Shown: positions 46,595 through 58,838 of the stretch, piece by piece
How the letters are laid out: every line of letters begins with the position of its first letter
How positions within the stretch are numbered: the first letter of the stretch is position 1
NCBI GenBank assembly: GCA_045807565.1
Contig: JBJMHD010000019.1
Coordinates: forward strand, 12,194-76,193
Origin: Acidimicrobiales bacterium
GTDB lineage: Bacteria > Actinomycetota > Acidimicrobiia > Acidimicrobiales > VFJN01
Length of the DNA stretch: 64,000 nt
Reading direction: 5' to 3'
Translations under genes and position numbers: made by a program
Notes under the pieces: model-generated
Database searches by the model: none
What the model was told of the DNA's origin: nothing
What the model saw: the letters and a program-made list of their open reading frames with translations, nothing else

Positions 46595-49500
46595 ATGGTG
46601 CTCCGTGACCTCCCCCCGCTGCTGCGTGAGGAGCCTGGCTTCGCGTCCGTGCTCGGCCGGTCCTCCGCCGTCTTGGCCGTCCCCGAGCCGGCGCGCGCCC
46701 TCACGATCGCCGGGCTCACCCACCTGAGCTCGCGACGTCCGATCGTGGTGGCCGCCCCCACCACCGGCGACGCCGACCGCGTCGCGCACGACCTGCGCGC
46801 CTACCTCGGACCGGATGCCGTGGACACGTTCCCCGCGTGGGAGACGCTGCCCTTCGAGCGGATCTCCCCCTCGGTCGAGACGATGGGCCGTCGCCTCCGT
46901 GCCATGTGGCGGCTGCAGTCGCCCGATCGGGCCCCGCAGGTGCTCGTGGCACCGATCCGCGCCCTCGTGCAGCGGCTCGGTCCCCACGTCGAGGACGTCG
47001 AACCGGTGGTGATCCGGCCGGGGGAGCGGCGCGACCGCGACGAGCTGGTCGCGGCGCTGGTCGGTGCCGGCTACCACCGCGAGGAGGTGGTGGAGCACCG
47101 AGGCTCGCTGGCCGTGCGCGGGTCCATCGTCGACGTGTTCCCGTCCACCGCCGACCGGCCGGTCCGCATCGACCTGTGGGGCGACGAGGTGGACCGCCTC
47201 ACCGAGTTCGCGGTGAACGACCAGCGGTCGACCGACGACCTCGACGTGGTGGACATCTTCGGCTGCCGGGAGCTGCTGCCCACCGACGAGGTGCGGGAGC
47301 GGGCCGAGCGGCTGATCGCCCTCGAGCCCTGGGGACGAGAGCACTGGGAGCGCCTGTCGCAGGGCCAGACGTTCGAGGGCATGGAGAGCTGGCTCCCGTG
47401 GCTCACCGAGGGCGAGCACGTGCTGTTCGACCTGGTGGGCGACGACGCGCTGATCCTCCTCCTCGAACCGCGACGGATGCGAGATCGAGCGGCCGACCTC
47501 CTGCACGAGGAGGCGGACCTGGCGGCGTCGCTCGCCAAGACCTGGAGCGCGGTGGCGTCGGGGGGCGAGGAGGACTTCCCGCGCCTGCACCTGCCCTTCG
47601 ACCGTCTCCTGTCCCACACCCAGGCCGCGGCGTGGACGGTCACCACGGCGCCCGAGGGCCCGGACGTCGCCACCGTGACCTCCATGGGCATCGCCGCGGC
47701 GGCCGGGGACCCCGAGCGGGTGGCCCGCCAGCTCCGCGACCTGGTCGCCGACGGCTATCGCATCGTGGTCGCGGCCGACGGGGAGGGATCGGCGGCTCGC
47801 CTGCGGAGCCTCCTCACCGAGCACGGCCTGGCGCCGGCCATGGCCGGCACCACCGCGGCCTCCACGGCCCAGGTCGTCATCGACATCACCGCGCTGGAGC
47901 GCGGCTGCATCCTCCCGGCGGTCCGGTTGGCGGTGATCGCCGAGCACGACCTCACCGGACGCCGGCGAGCCCATCGAGCCGCCCGGACCCGCCGGCGCGA
48001 CAGCCAGGGGTTCTTCGACGACCTGAAGCCGGGTGACCACGTCGTGCACCACCAGCACGGGGTGGCGCGCTACGCCGGGATGGTGAAGCGCGCCATCGGG
48101 GGCGTGGAGCGCGACTACCTCCTCCTGGAGTACAAGGGCGACGACAAGCTCTACGTGCCGTCGGACCAGATCGACGCCGTGCGGCACTACACCGGCGGGG
48201 AGTCGCCCACGCTCACCCGTCTCGGCGGCGACGGGTGGCAGAAGGCGAAGGCGCGGGTCCGCTCCGCCGTGAGCGAGATCGCCCAGGAGCTCGTCGTCCT
48301 CTACCAGAAGCGCCTGCACGAGCCCGGCCACGCCTTCCCCGAGGACACGCCGTGGCAGCGCGAGCTCGAGGAGGCCTTCCCCTACCAGGAGACGCCCGAC
48401 CAGCTCGTGGCCATCGCCGAGGTGAAGGCCGACATGCAGGAGCAGCACCCGATGGACCGCCTGGTGTGCGGCGACGTCGGCTTCGGCAAGACCGAGGTCG
48501 CCATCCGGGCCGCGTTCAAGGCCGTGCAGGACGGCAAGCAGGTCGCCGTGCTGGTGCCCACGACGCTGCTCGCGCAGCAGCACCACCAGACGTTCTCGGA
48601 CCGGTTCGCCGGGTACCCCGTGCGGGTCGAGGTCCTCTCACGGTTCCTCACGCCGGCCCAGGCGCGCGACGTGGCGAAGGGGCTCCGGTCCGGGGAGGTG
48701 GACGTGGTCATCGGCACCCATCGGCTGCTCAGCGACGACATCCTGTTCAAGGACCTCGGCTTGCTGGTGGTCGACGAGGAGCAGCGCTTCGGGGTCACGC
48801 ACAAGGAGCAGATCAAGCAGCTGAAGTCGGGGGTGGACGTGCTCACCCTCACCGCCACGCCGATCCCCCGCACGCTGGAGATGTCGCTCACCGGCATCCG
48901 CGACCTCACCCTGCTCAACACGCCGCCTGCTGACCGCATGCCGATCCTCACCTACGTGGGCGAGTACGACGACCGGGCGGTGGGGGAGGCCATCCGGCGC
49001 GAGCTCCTCCGCGAGGGCCAGGTGTTCTACGTGCACAACCGCGTGCAGGACATCGAGCAGACCGCCGACCACGTGCGCGAGCTCGTGCCCGAGGCGCGCG
49101 TCGCCATCGCCCACGGGCAGATGGACGAGGGCACGCTCGAACAGGTCGTGCTCGCCTTCTGGGAGGGCGACTTCGACGTGCTCGTGTGCACGACGATCAT
49201 CGAGAGCGGCATCGACATGCCAACCGTGAACACGCTGGTGTGCGACCGGGCCGATCTGCTCGGGCTCGGCCAGCTCCACCAGCTGCGTGGGCGGGTGGGG
49301 CGGTCGGGGCAGCGGGCGTACGCCTACCTCTTCGTCCCGCAGGACCGCGTGCTCAGCGAGGAGGCGTACGAGCGCCTCAAGACGATCGGCGAGGCCACCG
49401 AGCTCGGGTCCGGCTTCAAGATCGCGATGCGCGACCTCGAGATCCGCGGCGCCGGCAACCTCCTCGGCACCGGGCAGAGCGGGCACATCGCCGCCGTCGG

Positions 49501-50038
49501 CTACGACCTCTACTGCCAGATGGTGTCGGAGGCGGTGGCCGAGCTGAAGGGCGAGCCGATCAAGGAGCCCGCCGAGATCAAGCTCGACCTGCCCGTCCCG
49601 GCCAACCTCCCGCGGGAGTACGTGCAGAAGGAGGAGCTCCGCCTCGAGGCGTACCGGCGCCTCGCCGCCGTCACCACCGACGACGAGGTGCTCGACATCC
49701 GGGCCGAGTGGGAGGACCGCTACGGGCCGCTGCCGCCCCCGGCCGAGGCGCTCCTCGCCGTCGCGCGACTGCGCGCCGAGGCCGCCCGCACGGGCGTGCG
49801 CGAGGTGGTGGTGGTGAAGCCGGACGGCTTCGGTGGAGCGCCGTCCACGGCCCGCGTCTCGCCCCTCCCGCTGAAGGCGAGCCAGCAGATCCGCCTCAAG
49901 CGCCTGCACCCCACCGCCGTGTACAAGGAGGCCGACCAGCTGCTCATCGTGAAGGTGCCCCACAAGGAGCATCCCGCCGAGTGGCTGGTCGCGCTCCTCC
50001 GGGACCTCGACCCCGTCCCGGAGCCCGAGGTCGCCTGA
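46595..50038 (+). CDS. mfd: Transcription-repair coupling factor Mfd
   Basis: 1147 aa. CarD-like/RID region (HGVARYAGM), superfamily-2 helicase motifs ([21 protein letters not shown]), the TRG motif region and a C-terminal TRCF domain. Confidence 0.95.
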   Translation: MVLRDLPPLLREEPGFASVLGRSSAVLAVPEPARALTIAGLTHLSSRRPIVVAAPTTGDADRVAHDLRAYLGPDAVDTFPAWETLPFERISPSVETMGRRLRAMWRLQSPDRAPQVLVAPIRALVQRLGPHVEDVEPVVIRPGERRDRDELVAALVGAGYHREEVVEHRGSLAVRGSIVDVFPSTADRPVRIDLWGDEVDRLTEFAVNDQRSTDDLDVVDIFGCRELLPTDEVRERAERLIALEPWGREHWERLSQGQTFEGMESWLPWLTEGEHVLFDLVGDDALILLLEPRRMRDRAADLLHEEADLAASLAKTWSAVASGGEEDFPRLHLPFDRLLSHTQAAAWTVTTAPEGPDVATVTSMGIAAAAGDPERVARQLRDLVADGYRIVVAADGEGSAARLRSLLTEHGLAPAMAGTTAASTAQVVIDITALERGCILPAVRLAVIAEHDLTGRRRAHRAARTRRRDSQGFFDDLKPGDHVVHHQHGVARYAGMVKRAIGGVERDYLLLEYKGDDKLYVPSDQIDAVRHYTGGESPTLTRLGGDGWQKAKARVRSAVSEIAQELVVLYQKRLHEPGHAFPEDTPWQRELEEAFPYQETPDQLVAIAEVKADMQEQHPMDRLVCGDVGFGKTEVAIRAAFKAVQDGKQVAVLVPTTLLAQQHHQTFSDRFAGYPVRVEVLSRFLTPAQARDVAKGLRSGEVDVVIGTHRLLSDDILFKDLGLLVVDEEQRFGVTHKEQIKQLKSGVDVLTLTATPIPRTLEMSLTGIRDLTLLNTPPADRMPILTYVGEYDDRAVGEAIRRELLREGQVFYVHNRVQDIEQTADHVRELVPEARVAIAHGQMDEGTLEQVVLAFWEGDFDVLVCTTIIESGIDMPTVNTLVCDRADLLGLGQLHQLRGRVGRSGQRAYAYLFVPQDRVLSEEAYERLKTIGEATELGSGFKIAMRDLEIRGAGNLLGTGQSGHIAAVGYDLYCQMVSEAVAELKGEPIKEPAEIKLDLPVPANLPREYVQKEELRLEAYRRLAAVTTDDEVLDIRAEWEDRYGPLPPPAEALLAVARLRAEAARTGVREVVVVKPDGFGGAPSTARVSPLPLKASQQIRLKRLHPTAVYKEADQLLIVKVPHKEHPAEWLVALLRDLDPVPEPEVA

Positions 50039-50088
50039 CCGTTCACCGGATGTTTGCCGGACGTGGAACCGGGGCAGGGAGGACAGCG

Positions 50089-50125
50089 CCTTCAGACAAG
50101 AGGGCAGTACGCGCTCGTCTGAAGG
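50089..50125 (+). promoter_or_regulatory. 9-bp stem hairpin whose 3' arm overlaps the Shine-Dalgarno of the STAS-like gene; could equally be the mfd terminator
   Basis: CCTTCAGAC-N19-GTCTGAAGG. The SD GAAGGAGG lies at 50121-50128 and the TTG start at 50134. Confidence 0.3.
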
Positions 50126-50133
50126 AGGTCCCG

Positions 50134-50475
50134 TTGAGCAGGGACCCGTTGTTGTCGGAAGACTGGCCCACCGCGTGGGCCCCGTTCGCCGTCGAGGTGC
50201 GTCCCGACGGCGACTGCCTGGAGCTGATCGCCACCGGCCACCTGGACCGCTGGACCGCCGGTGCGCTGCTGCGCAACCTCATCGCGGTGTGCGAGCCCTG
50301 CTACCGGGAGGTGCACCTGGACCTCCGCCAGGTGGACGCGGCCGAGGAAGCGGGCGAGGTGCTCGCCCGCTGCCGCACCTTCGCCGAGGGCCGGGGCCTC
50401 CGGCTGCGCGTCAGCCCCCCGGCCGCACCGCCCGACCGGATCCATCCCATGGTCCTGCCGGCCGCTGGCCACTAG
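50134..50475 (+). CDS. STAS-like (anti-sigma-factor-antagonist-like) small protein
   Basis: 113 aa. FAVEVRPDGDCLELIATGHLDRWTAGALLRNLI...EVHLDLRQVDAAEEAGEVLARC...GRGLRLRV follows the STAS beta-alpha pattern. The strong SD GAAGGAGG lies 5 nt upstream of TTG. ATG 50050 is an alternative start. Confidence 0.5.
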   Translation: MSRDPLLSEDWPTAWAPFAVEVRPDGDCLELIATGHLDRWTAGALLRNLIAVCEPCYREVHLDLRQVDAAEEAGEVLARCRTFAEGRGLRLRVSPPAAPPDRIHPMVLPAAGH

Positions 50476-51145
50476 GCGAGATCGGCGCTGATCGCCGAGG
50501 CACACTGGCGCCGTGAAGCGGCGCTTCCGGGACCGCGCCGACGCGGGCCGTCAGCTGGCTGATCGGTTGCCGTCCGGTCTGGTCGACCCGATCGTGCTGG
50601 CGCTCCCGCGCGGCGGCGTCCCCGTCGCCGGCGAGGTCGCGGCGCGGCTCGCCGCCCCGCTCGACGTCCTGGTCGCGCGCAAGATCGGCGCGCCGGGCCA
50701 CGAGGAGCTGGGGATCGGAGCGATCGCCGAGGGTGGCGCGATGGTGGCGAGCGACCTCGTCCGTGCCCTGCGCCTGTCGTCCGATGAGTTCGAGGCGCTG
50801 GCCAGGCGCGAGCGGGTCGAGCTCGAGCGGCGGGTGGATCGCTACCGGGCGGGCCGCCGGCGGCTGCCGGTGCGCGGCCGTGACGTGGTCCTGGTCGACG
50901 ACGGGCTCGCGACGGGCGTGACGGCGGAGGCGGCGCTGCTCGACCTCCGTGCCGAGGCGCCGCGCCGGCTGGTGCTGGCGGTCCCCGTGTGCAGCACCGA
51001 CACCGCCCGACGGCTCGTGCCGCCCGCCGACGAGGTGGTGTGGGTGCTCGCGCCTCGAGACCTGGTGGCGGTGGGCGTCTGGTACGACGACTTCACCCAG
51101 ACCACCGACGCCGAGGTCGTCGCCCTGCTGGATCGGGCCCGAGGG

Positions 51146-53228
<2,083 letters not shown>

Positions 53229-53236
<8 letters not shown>

Positions 53237-54956
53237 CGGTGGGGGAGGGGAGACGCAAGAGCACGACGCTATCGGGGGGCAGGCGCACCTCGGTCCCCTC
53301 GACCGAGGGCCCGTCGGGCGACGCCAGCAGCACCTCGGCGCCGGCGGGCCGCGGGACCACCCGCTCGTCGCCGGCCAGGTTGGCGACCACCCGTACGCGG
53401 CCACGGTCCACGGTGACCACGTCGCGGTGGTGCCGCGCCCGGGCGAGCACGACAGGGTCGCGCAGGTCCGCCCGCGCCCGGCGCAGCGCGAGCAGCGACC
53501 GGTACCAGTGGAGCATCGCCTGGTGGCCCGGCTCCGACCGCTCCGCCCAGGCGAGCTTCGACCGCTGGAACGTGGACGGGTCCTGGGGATCGGGCACGGC
53601 GTCGGGGGGCCAGCCGAACGCCGCGAACTCGCGGCGGCGACCCTCGCTCACCGCTCGCCCGAGCTCGGGATCGGCGTGGTCGGTGAAGTAGAGGAACGGC
53701 GTGCTCGCCGCCCACTCCTCGCCTTGGAACAGCATGGGCACGAAGGGGGTGGTGAGCAGGAGGGCGGCGGCGATGCGCGCTCGGCCCGGCGTGGTGAGTG
53801 CGATCAGGCGCTCCCCGGCCGCCCGGTTGCCGACCTGGTCGTGGTTCTGCGCGGCGACCACGAAGCGGTCGGCTGGCAGGCCGGTGGGCTTGTGGCCGTG
53901 CGGGCGGCCGCGGTGCTCGGACCACGACCCGTCATGCACCCACGCCTGGTCGATCGCCTTGGTCAGGGCGTCGAGCGTGCCGAAGTCGACGTAGTAGCCG
54001 TCGCGCTCGCCGGTCAGGACGGCGTGGAGGGCGTGGTGCCAGTCGTCGGCCCACGCCGCGTCGAGGCCGTACCCCTCGGGCGGGGGCTGGACGAACACGG
54101 GGTCGTTGAGGTCGCTCTCGGCCACCACGAAGAGCCGACGGCCGAGCTCCTCGGCGAGGTCGTGCACGGCCGCGCCCAGCTCGGCGAGGACGTGCACCGG
54201 CGAGGTGTCGGTGATGGCGTGCACCGCGTCGAGGCGGAGCCCGTCGCAGTGGAAGTCGCGGAGCCACATGCACGCGTTGTCCACCACGAACCGGCGCACC
54301 TCGTGGGCGTCGGGGCCATCGAAGCTGACGGCATCGCCCCACACGGTCTGGTGGCGGTCCGTGAGGTACGGCGCCAGCTCGGGGAGGTGGTTCCCCGCGG
54401 GCCCGAAGTGGTTGTACACGACGTCGACCACCACGCCGAGCCCCGCGCCATGGCATGCATCGACGAGTCGCTTGAGACCGTCGGGGCCGCCGTAGGCGGG
54501 GTGGGGCGCGAACAGCTGCACACCGTCGTAGCCCCAGCCGCGGCGCCCGGACCCGGTCGCCACCGGCATCAGCTCGACGGCGTCGATGCCGAGGTCGACG
54601 AGGTGGTCGAGGTGGTCGATCACGCCGTCGAAGGTGCCCGCCTCGGAGAAGGTGCCGACGTGGAGCTCGTAGAGGACGGACGTCGAGAGGTCGATCCCCG
54701 GCCAGGCCTGGTCGTGCCACTCGAACGCGCCGTGGTCGTAGACGGCGGACGCGGTGTCGATGCCGTCGGGCTGGTCGACCGACCGCGGATCAGGGAGCGG
54801 TCCGCCACCGTCCACCGAGAACGCGTAGCGCGCGCCCGGCCCGGCGGGCGCGTCGGCGTGCCACCAGCCGCGCTCGTCGAGCGTCATCGGCCGGCGGTCG
54901 CCGTCGACCACGAGGTCCATCGAGCCAGCGCGCGGCGCCCAGACCGAGAACCTCAC
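53229..54956 (-). CDS. treZ: Malto-oligosyltrehalose trehalohydrolase TreZ
   Basis: [15 protein letters not shown]...[32 protein letters not shown] and [14 protein letters not shown] 54956 overlaps the treY stop (GTGA). Confidence 0.9.
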
Positions 54957-57616
54957 CGGCGCTGCCGCTCGAGCACCGTGACCGGGAGCGCGCCCAGGAG
55001 GTCGGCGACGGCCACCTCGCCCACCTGCGCCGACCCGTCGTCGTCGAGCACCGAGGTCCACGCTCCCGAGGGGAGCGTGATCGCCGTCTCGCCCCACCCC
55101 GACCGCGCGAGGGCGCGCACGAGCCGAGGCACCACCACGACGATCCCGTCGCGCCGGAAGGCCACGGCGTGGCGTGCCTGCGGGCCGCGGGCGGGGAGCG
55201 CCTCGTAGCCCGAGTACGCGTCGGGCCGCCGCCGCCGGTGGTCGAGGAGGCGGTGGATCAGCCACAGCTTGGCGCCGCCCTCCGGTGATGGGAGCGCGAG
55301 GCCAGCAGGTGACCGGTCGAGCTGGTCGAGGAGCGTGCGGCGGCGTTCGAAGTCGACCGGCCGCCGGTTGTCCGGGTCCACCAGGCTCAGGGCCCACAGC
55401 TCGTCGCCCTGGTAGAGGTCGGGGACGCCTGGGCAGGTGAGCAGCAGCGCCACCTGGGCGAGGGAGGTCAGGTGGCCGAGGCGGACGAGGTCGTGCTCGG
55501 TGAGGAAGCGCTCGACCATCTCGAGGAACGCGCCGTCGGCGAGGGCGCCGCGCACGAACCCGAGGACCGCGTCCTCGTAGCCCTCGTCGGGTTGGCGCCA
55601 GGACGTGTGGACCTTCGCCTCCCGGATCGACTTGAGCATCGTGGCCTCGAGGCGCTCCCCGTCGATCGGCCACGCGCCCACCAGCGACTGGTAGAAGACG
55701 AGCTCGGTGGCGGGGTCGGGCGCCGCGCCCGCGCTGCCGTGGTTGTGGGCCCGCCAGGCCTCGACGGCCTCGAGCCACTCGCTCGAGAGCTCGGTGAGGA
55801 CCGACAAGCGCGCCCGCACGTCGGCGCTGCGCTTCGTGTCGTGGGTCGACACCGCGAGCATCGTGCGCGGCCACGTGGTCGCGATGTGCTCGTTGTGGGC
55901 GTGGAAGGGCGCGACGCCCCCGCCCGCCGCGGCGGGATCGCCGCCCACCTCGTTCACCGCCAGCAGCGGCACGTAGCGGTAGAAGGTCGTGTCCTCCACG
56001 CCCTTGGCCATCACGGGGGACGACAGCTGTTGGAATCGCACGGCCAGCTCCTGCTCGAGGGTGCCCGGCTCGTCCAACGTGAGGATGCGATGAAGCAGGT
56101 CGAGCAGCTCGCCGTCCATGTCAGGTCGGCTGGCCCGCACCGCGGCCACGGCATCGTCGAGGCGGCGACGGTCCTCCGGTCGGGTGGGGCGGCCGGGGGC
56201 GACGTACGTGCGGTACACGGGCAGCGCGGCAGCCAGCGCCGTCAACGCCTCGCGGAGGTCGCGCCGGGTGTGGTCCCGATGACGGCGGCGGGCACGGCAC
56301 AGCCGCTGGAGGAGGTCGGTGAGGCGCTCGGTCTCGGCGGCCAGCTCGTGGCCCATGACGTGGGCCTTGGCGTCAGCGGCGATCTCTGCCACCGGTCGCT
56401 CGTCCCCGGTGAGCGCGGCGAACGAGGTGCGCAGCTCGCTGAGCCCGTCGGGGTCGATGAACAGGTCGCCTGCTCGGACGAGGAAGTCGTAGCCGGACGT
56501 GCCCGCCACCGGCCACGACCGGGGCAGCTCCTCGTCGGTGCCGAGGATCTTCTCCACGACGATGCCGGCACCCGGCGCCTCGGCGGCCAGGCGCTCCAGG
56601 TAGCGCTCGGGGTCTCGCAGCCCGTCGACGTGGTCGACGCGGAGACCGGTCACGTCCCCGCCCGAGACGAGGTCGAGCACGAGGCGATGGGTGTCCTCGA
56701 ACACGTCGGGATCCTCGGCCCTCAGCCCGACCAGGGTGCTGACGTCGAAGAAGCGGCGGTAGTCGAGCTCCTCGCTCGCGGTGCGCCAGTGGGCCAGGCG
56801 GTACACCTGCTGGGACAGGAGCGCGTCGAGCTCGTCGAGGTCGCCTTCGGTGGCCGCGAGCTCCTCGTCGATGGCCTCCGCCACCTCCGCCGAGCGGGCG
56901 GCGAGCCTCCGCACCGCCAGGCGCAGCGGGGCCAGCACCTCCTCCATGACCAGGCCCGCGGGCGCACCGGCCGGCGCCGACAGCTCGAGCAGCTCCTTCG
57001 CCACGACCTCGAGCTCGGCCGAGCCGCTGCGCCGGCCTGCCCGCTGGAGGATCCCGCCCACGCTCGGCAGCGAGAGGGGGAGCTCGTGGTCCTCGTACCG
57101 GACGGTGAACGCGCCGCCGGCGCGGCGCAGCCGGAAGCCGCCCGCCTCGAGCACCCGCCCGTAGTGGTCGCCGAGCACCGGTGCCAGCACCGAGGGCGCC
57201 TGCGCTGACGGCCCCGCCTCCCAGTCGATGTCGAAGTAGGCGGCGTACCGGCTGGCGGGACCGTTCTCGAGGACGTCCCACCACCACCGGTTGGCGGCGC
57301 CGGCCAGCGCCATGTGGTTGGGCACGATGTCGAGGACCGCCGAGAGGTCGTGCTCCGCCAGGGCTCGGACCAGCCGCTCCCATCCGCTCGGGCCGCCCAG
57401 CTCGTCGTTCAGTCGCTGGTGGTCCACGACGTCGTAGCCGTGGGTGCTGCCGGGCGCGGCCTGGAGGACCGGCGAGCAGTACAGGTGGCTCACACCGATC
57501 CGGGCCAGGTACGGCACGATGGCCGCGGCGTCGTCGAAGGTGAAGCCGGCGTGCAGCTGCACGCGGTACGTGGCCCGCGGCGCGACCAGTGCTTCAGGCG
57601 GGGGCAGGAGCGACAT
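54953..57616 (-). CDS. treY: Malto-oligosyltrehalose synthase TreY
   Basis: TYRVQLHAGFTFDDAAAIVPYLARIGVSHLYCSPVLQAAPGSTHGYDVVD and GLRVDHVDGL. Start taken at ATG 57616. Confidence 0.9.
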   Translation of the reverse strand: MSLLPPPEALVAPRATYRVQLHAGFTFDDAAAIVPYLARIGVSHLYCSPVLQAAPGSTHGYDVVDHQRLNDELGGPSGWERLVRALAEHDLSAVLDIVPNHMALAGAANRWWWDVLENGPASRYAAYFDIDWEAGPSAQAPSVLAPVLGDHYGRVLEAGGFRLRRAGGAFTVRYEDHELPLSLPSVGGILQRAGRRSGSAELEVVAKELLELSAPAGAPAGLVMEEVLAPLRLAVRRLAARSAEVAEAIDEELAATEGDLDELDALLSQQVYRLAHWRTASEELDYRRFFDVSTLVGLRAEDPDVFEDTHRLVLDLVSGGDVTGLRVDHVDGLRDPERYLERLAAEAPGAGIVVEKILGTDEELPRSWPVAGTSGYDFLVRAGDLFIDPDGLSELRTSFAALTGDERPVAEIAADAKAHVMGHELAAETERLTDLLQRLCRARRRHRDHTRRDLREALTALAAALPVYRTYVAPGRPTRPEDRRRLDDAVAAVRASRPDMDGELLDLLHRILTLDEPGTLEQELAVRFQQLSSPVMAKGVEDTTFYRYVPLLAVNEVGGDPAAAGGGVAPFHAHNEHIATTWPRTMLAVSTHDTKRSADVRARLSVLTELSSEWLEAVEAWRAHNHGSAGAAPDPATELVFYQSLVGAWPIDGERLEATMLKSIREAKVHTSWRQPDEGYEDAVLGFVRGALADGAFLEMVERFLTEHDLVRLGHLTSLAQVALLLTCPGVPDLYQGDELWALSLVDPDNRRPVDFERRRTLLDQLDRSPAGLALPSPEGGAKLWLIHRLLDHRRRRPDAYSGYEALPARGPQARHAVAFRRDGIVVVVPRLVRALARSGWGETAITLPSGAWTSVLDDDGSAQVGEVAVADLLGALPVTVLERQRR

Positions 57617-57689
57617 CGACGTCGGCCTCGTCGTCCCACTCGAGTGCCTCGTCGAAGCCCGCGAGGAGGCGCGCCAAGAACCGGAGCAT
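57594..57689 (-). CDS. Candidate 31-aa upstream ORF overlapping the treY start
   Basis: MLRFLARLLAGFDEALEWDDEADVDVAPAPA. It has high GC3, a GGGAAG-like purine tract upstream, and a stop 20 nt inside treY in another frame. No homology known to me; it may be chance. Confidence 0.2.
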   Translation of the reverse strand: MLRFLARLLAGFDEALEWDDEADVDVAPAPA

Positions 57690-57788
57690 GGGGACCGGTC
57701 TTCCCACCTCGCCGGGCTGTCAACCGCGCCGCCCTGCCCGGGACCGCTGCGGTTTCTCCTGCCGGGAGCCGGGTAGTGGGGGCCGCAC

Positions 57789-58838
57789 ATGACCGTGCTG
57801 TCGCCCCCGCCTGCCGGCCCGGACCCCATCGGGCCGGGCTTCCCGGAGCGGCTGCCCGCGCCCCGGGGCCCGGTGACGGACCAGCTCCTCGACCACCTCT
57901 CCCGCCCGGTGCACGAGCTCGGCTCGCTCCCGAGGGTGGAGGCCGACCCCGTCTCCGACGACGACCTGGCCCTGGCTCTGCACCTCATGTACGAGCTGCA
58001 CTACCTGGGGCTCCCGGGCGTGGACGAGGGCTGGGAGTGGGAGCCGTCGCTCCTCCGCGAGCGGCGCACGCTCGAGGGGCTGCTCGAGCGGCGCCTGGTG
58101 GAGCTCGTCGGCCACGTGCCCGTCGGGCTCAGCCGTGATGCGACCATCGCCGCGCTGCAGGACCTCGCCGCCCAGGACGGCCCGTCGTTGTCGGCGCACA
58201 TGGCGGAGCGCGGGACCCTCGAGGAGATGCGCGAGTTCGTCGTGCACCGCTCCGGCTACCAGCTGAAGGAAGCCGATCCGCACACGTGGGCGATCCCGCG
58301 GCTCACCGGGCGGAGCAAGGCGGCGCTCGTGGACATCCAGCGCGGCGAGTACGGCGACGGCCGGCCCGCCGACGTCCACGCCAACGTCTTCGCCGAGGTG
58401 ATGGTCGCCCTCGATCTCGAACCGACCTACGGCGCCTACGTCGATGCGCTGCCCGGCATCACGCTGAGCACCGGCAACCTGGTGTCGCTCTTCGGGCTCC
58501 ACCGCAGGTGGCGGGGCGCCCTCGTCGGACACCTCGCGCTCTTCGAGATGTGCAGCGTCGGCCCCATGGGTCGGTACCAGGCCGCTCTCGAGCGCCTCGG
58601 GTTCGGCCCGGACGCGACCCGCTTCTACGCCGCCCACGTGCAGGCGGACGAGCGGCACCAGCGCGTCGCCCTCGTCGACATGGTGGGCGGTCTGGTCGAC
58701 CAGGAGCCCTTCCTCGGCGGCGAGGTGGTGTTCGGCGCCCGCTCGCTCGACGCCCTCGAGCGGGCCTTCACCGCGCACCTGCTCGACGCTTGGTCTCGAG
58801 GTGGGTCCTCCCTGCGCCGCCCCGGGCTCAGGGGTTGA
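57789..58838 (+). CDS. Iron-containing redox enzyme family protein (heme-oxygenase-like fold, Haem_oxygenas_2-type)
   Basis: DDDLALALHLMYELHYLGLPGVDEGWEWEPSLL is characteristic of this family as I recall it. Helical, with E/H-containing motifs (KEADPH, FEMCSVGP, ADERHQ). Confidence 0.65.
   Translation: MTVLSPPPAGPDPIGPGFPERLPAPRGPVTDQLLDHLSRPVHELGSLPRVEADPVSDDDLALALHLMYELHYLGLPGVDEGWEWEPSLLRERRTLEGLLERRLVELVGHVPVGLSRDATIAALQDLAAQDGPSLSAHMAERGTLEEMREFVVHRSGYQLKEADPHTWAIPRLTGRSKAALVDIQRGEYGDGRPADVHANVFAEVMVALDLEPTYGAYVDALPGITLSTGNLVSLFGLHRRWRGALVGHLALFEMCSVGPMGRYQAALERLGFGPDATRFYAAHVQADERHQRVALVDMVGGLVDQEPFLGGEVVFGARSLDALERAFTAHLLDAWSRGGSSLRRPGLRG

Noticed and set aside
57718-57723. Perfect TTGACA (-35 consensus) on the minus strand upstream of treY and the uORF.
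   Set aside because: No TANNNT-like -10 lies at 16-19 nt spacing. Actinobacterial promoters depend more on the -10, and a single hexamer match is expected by chance in 64 kb.
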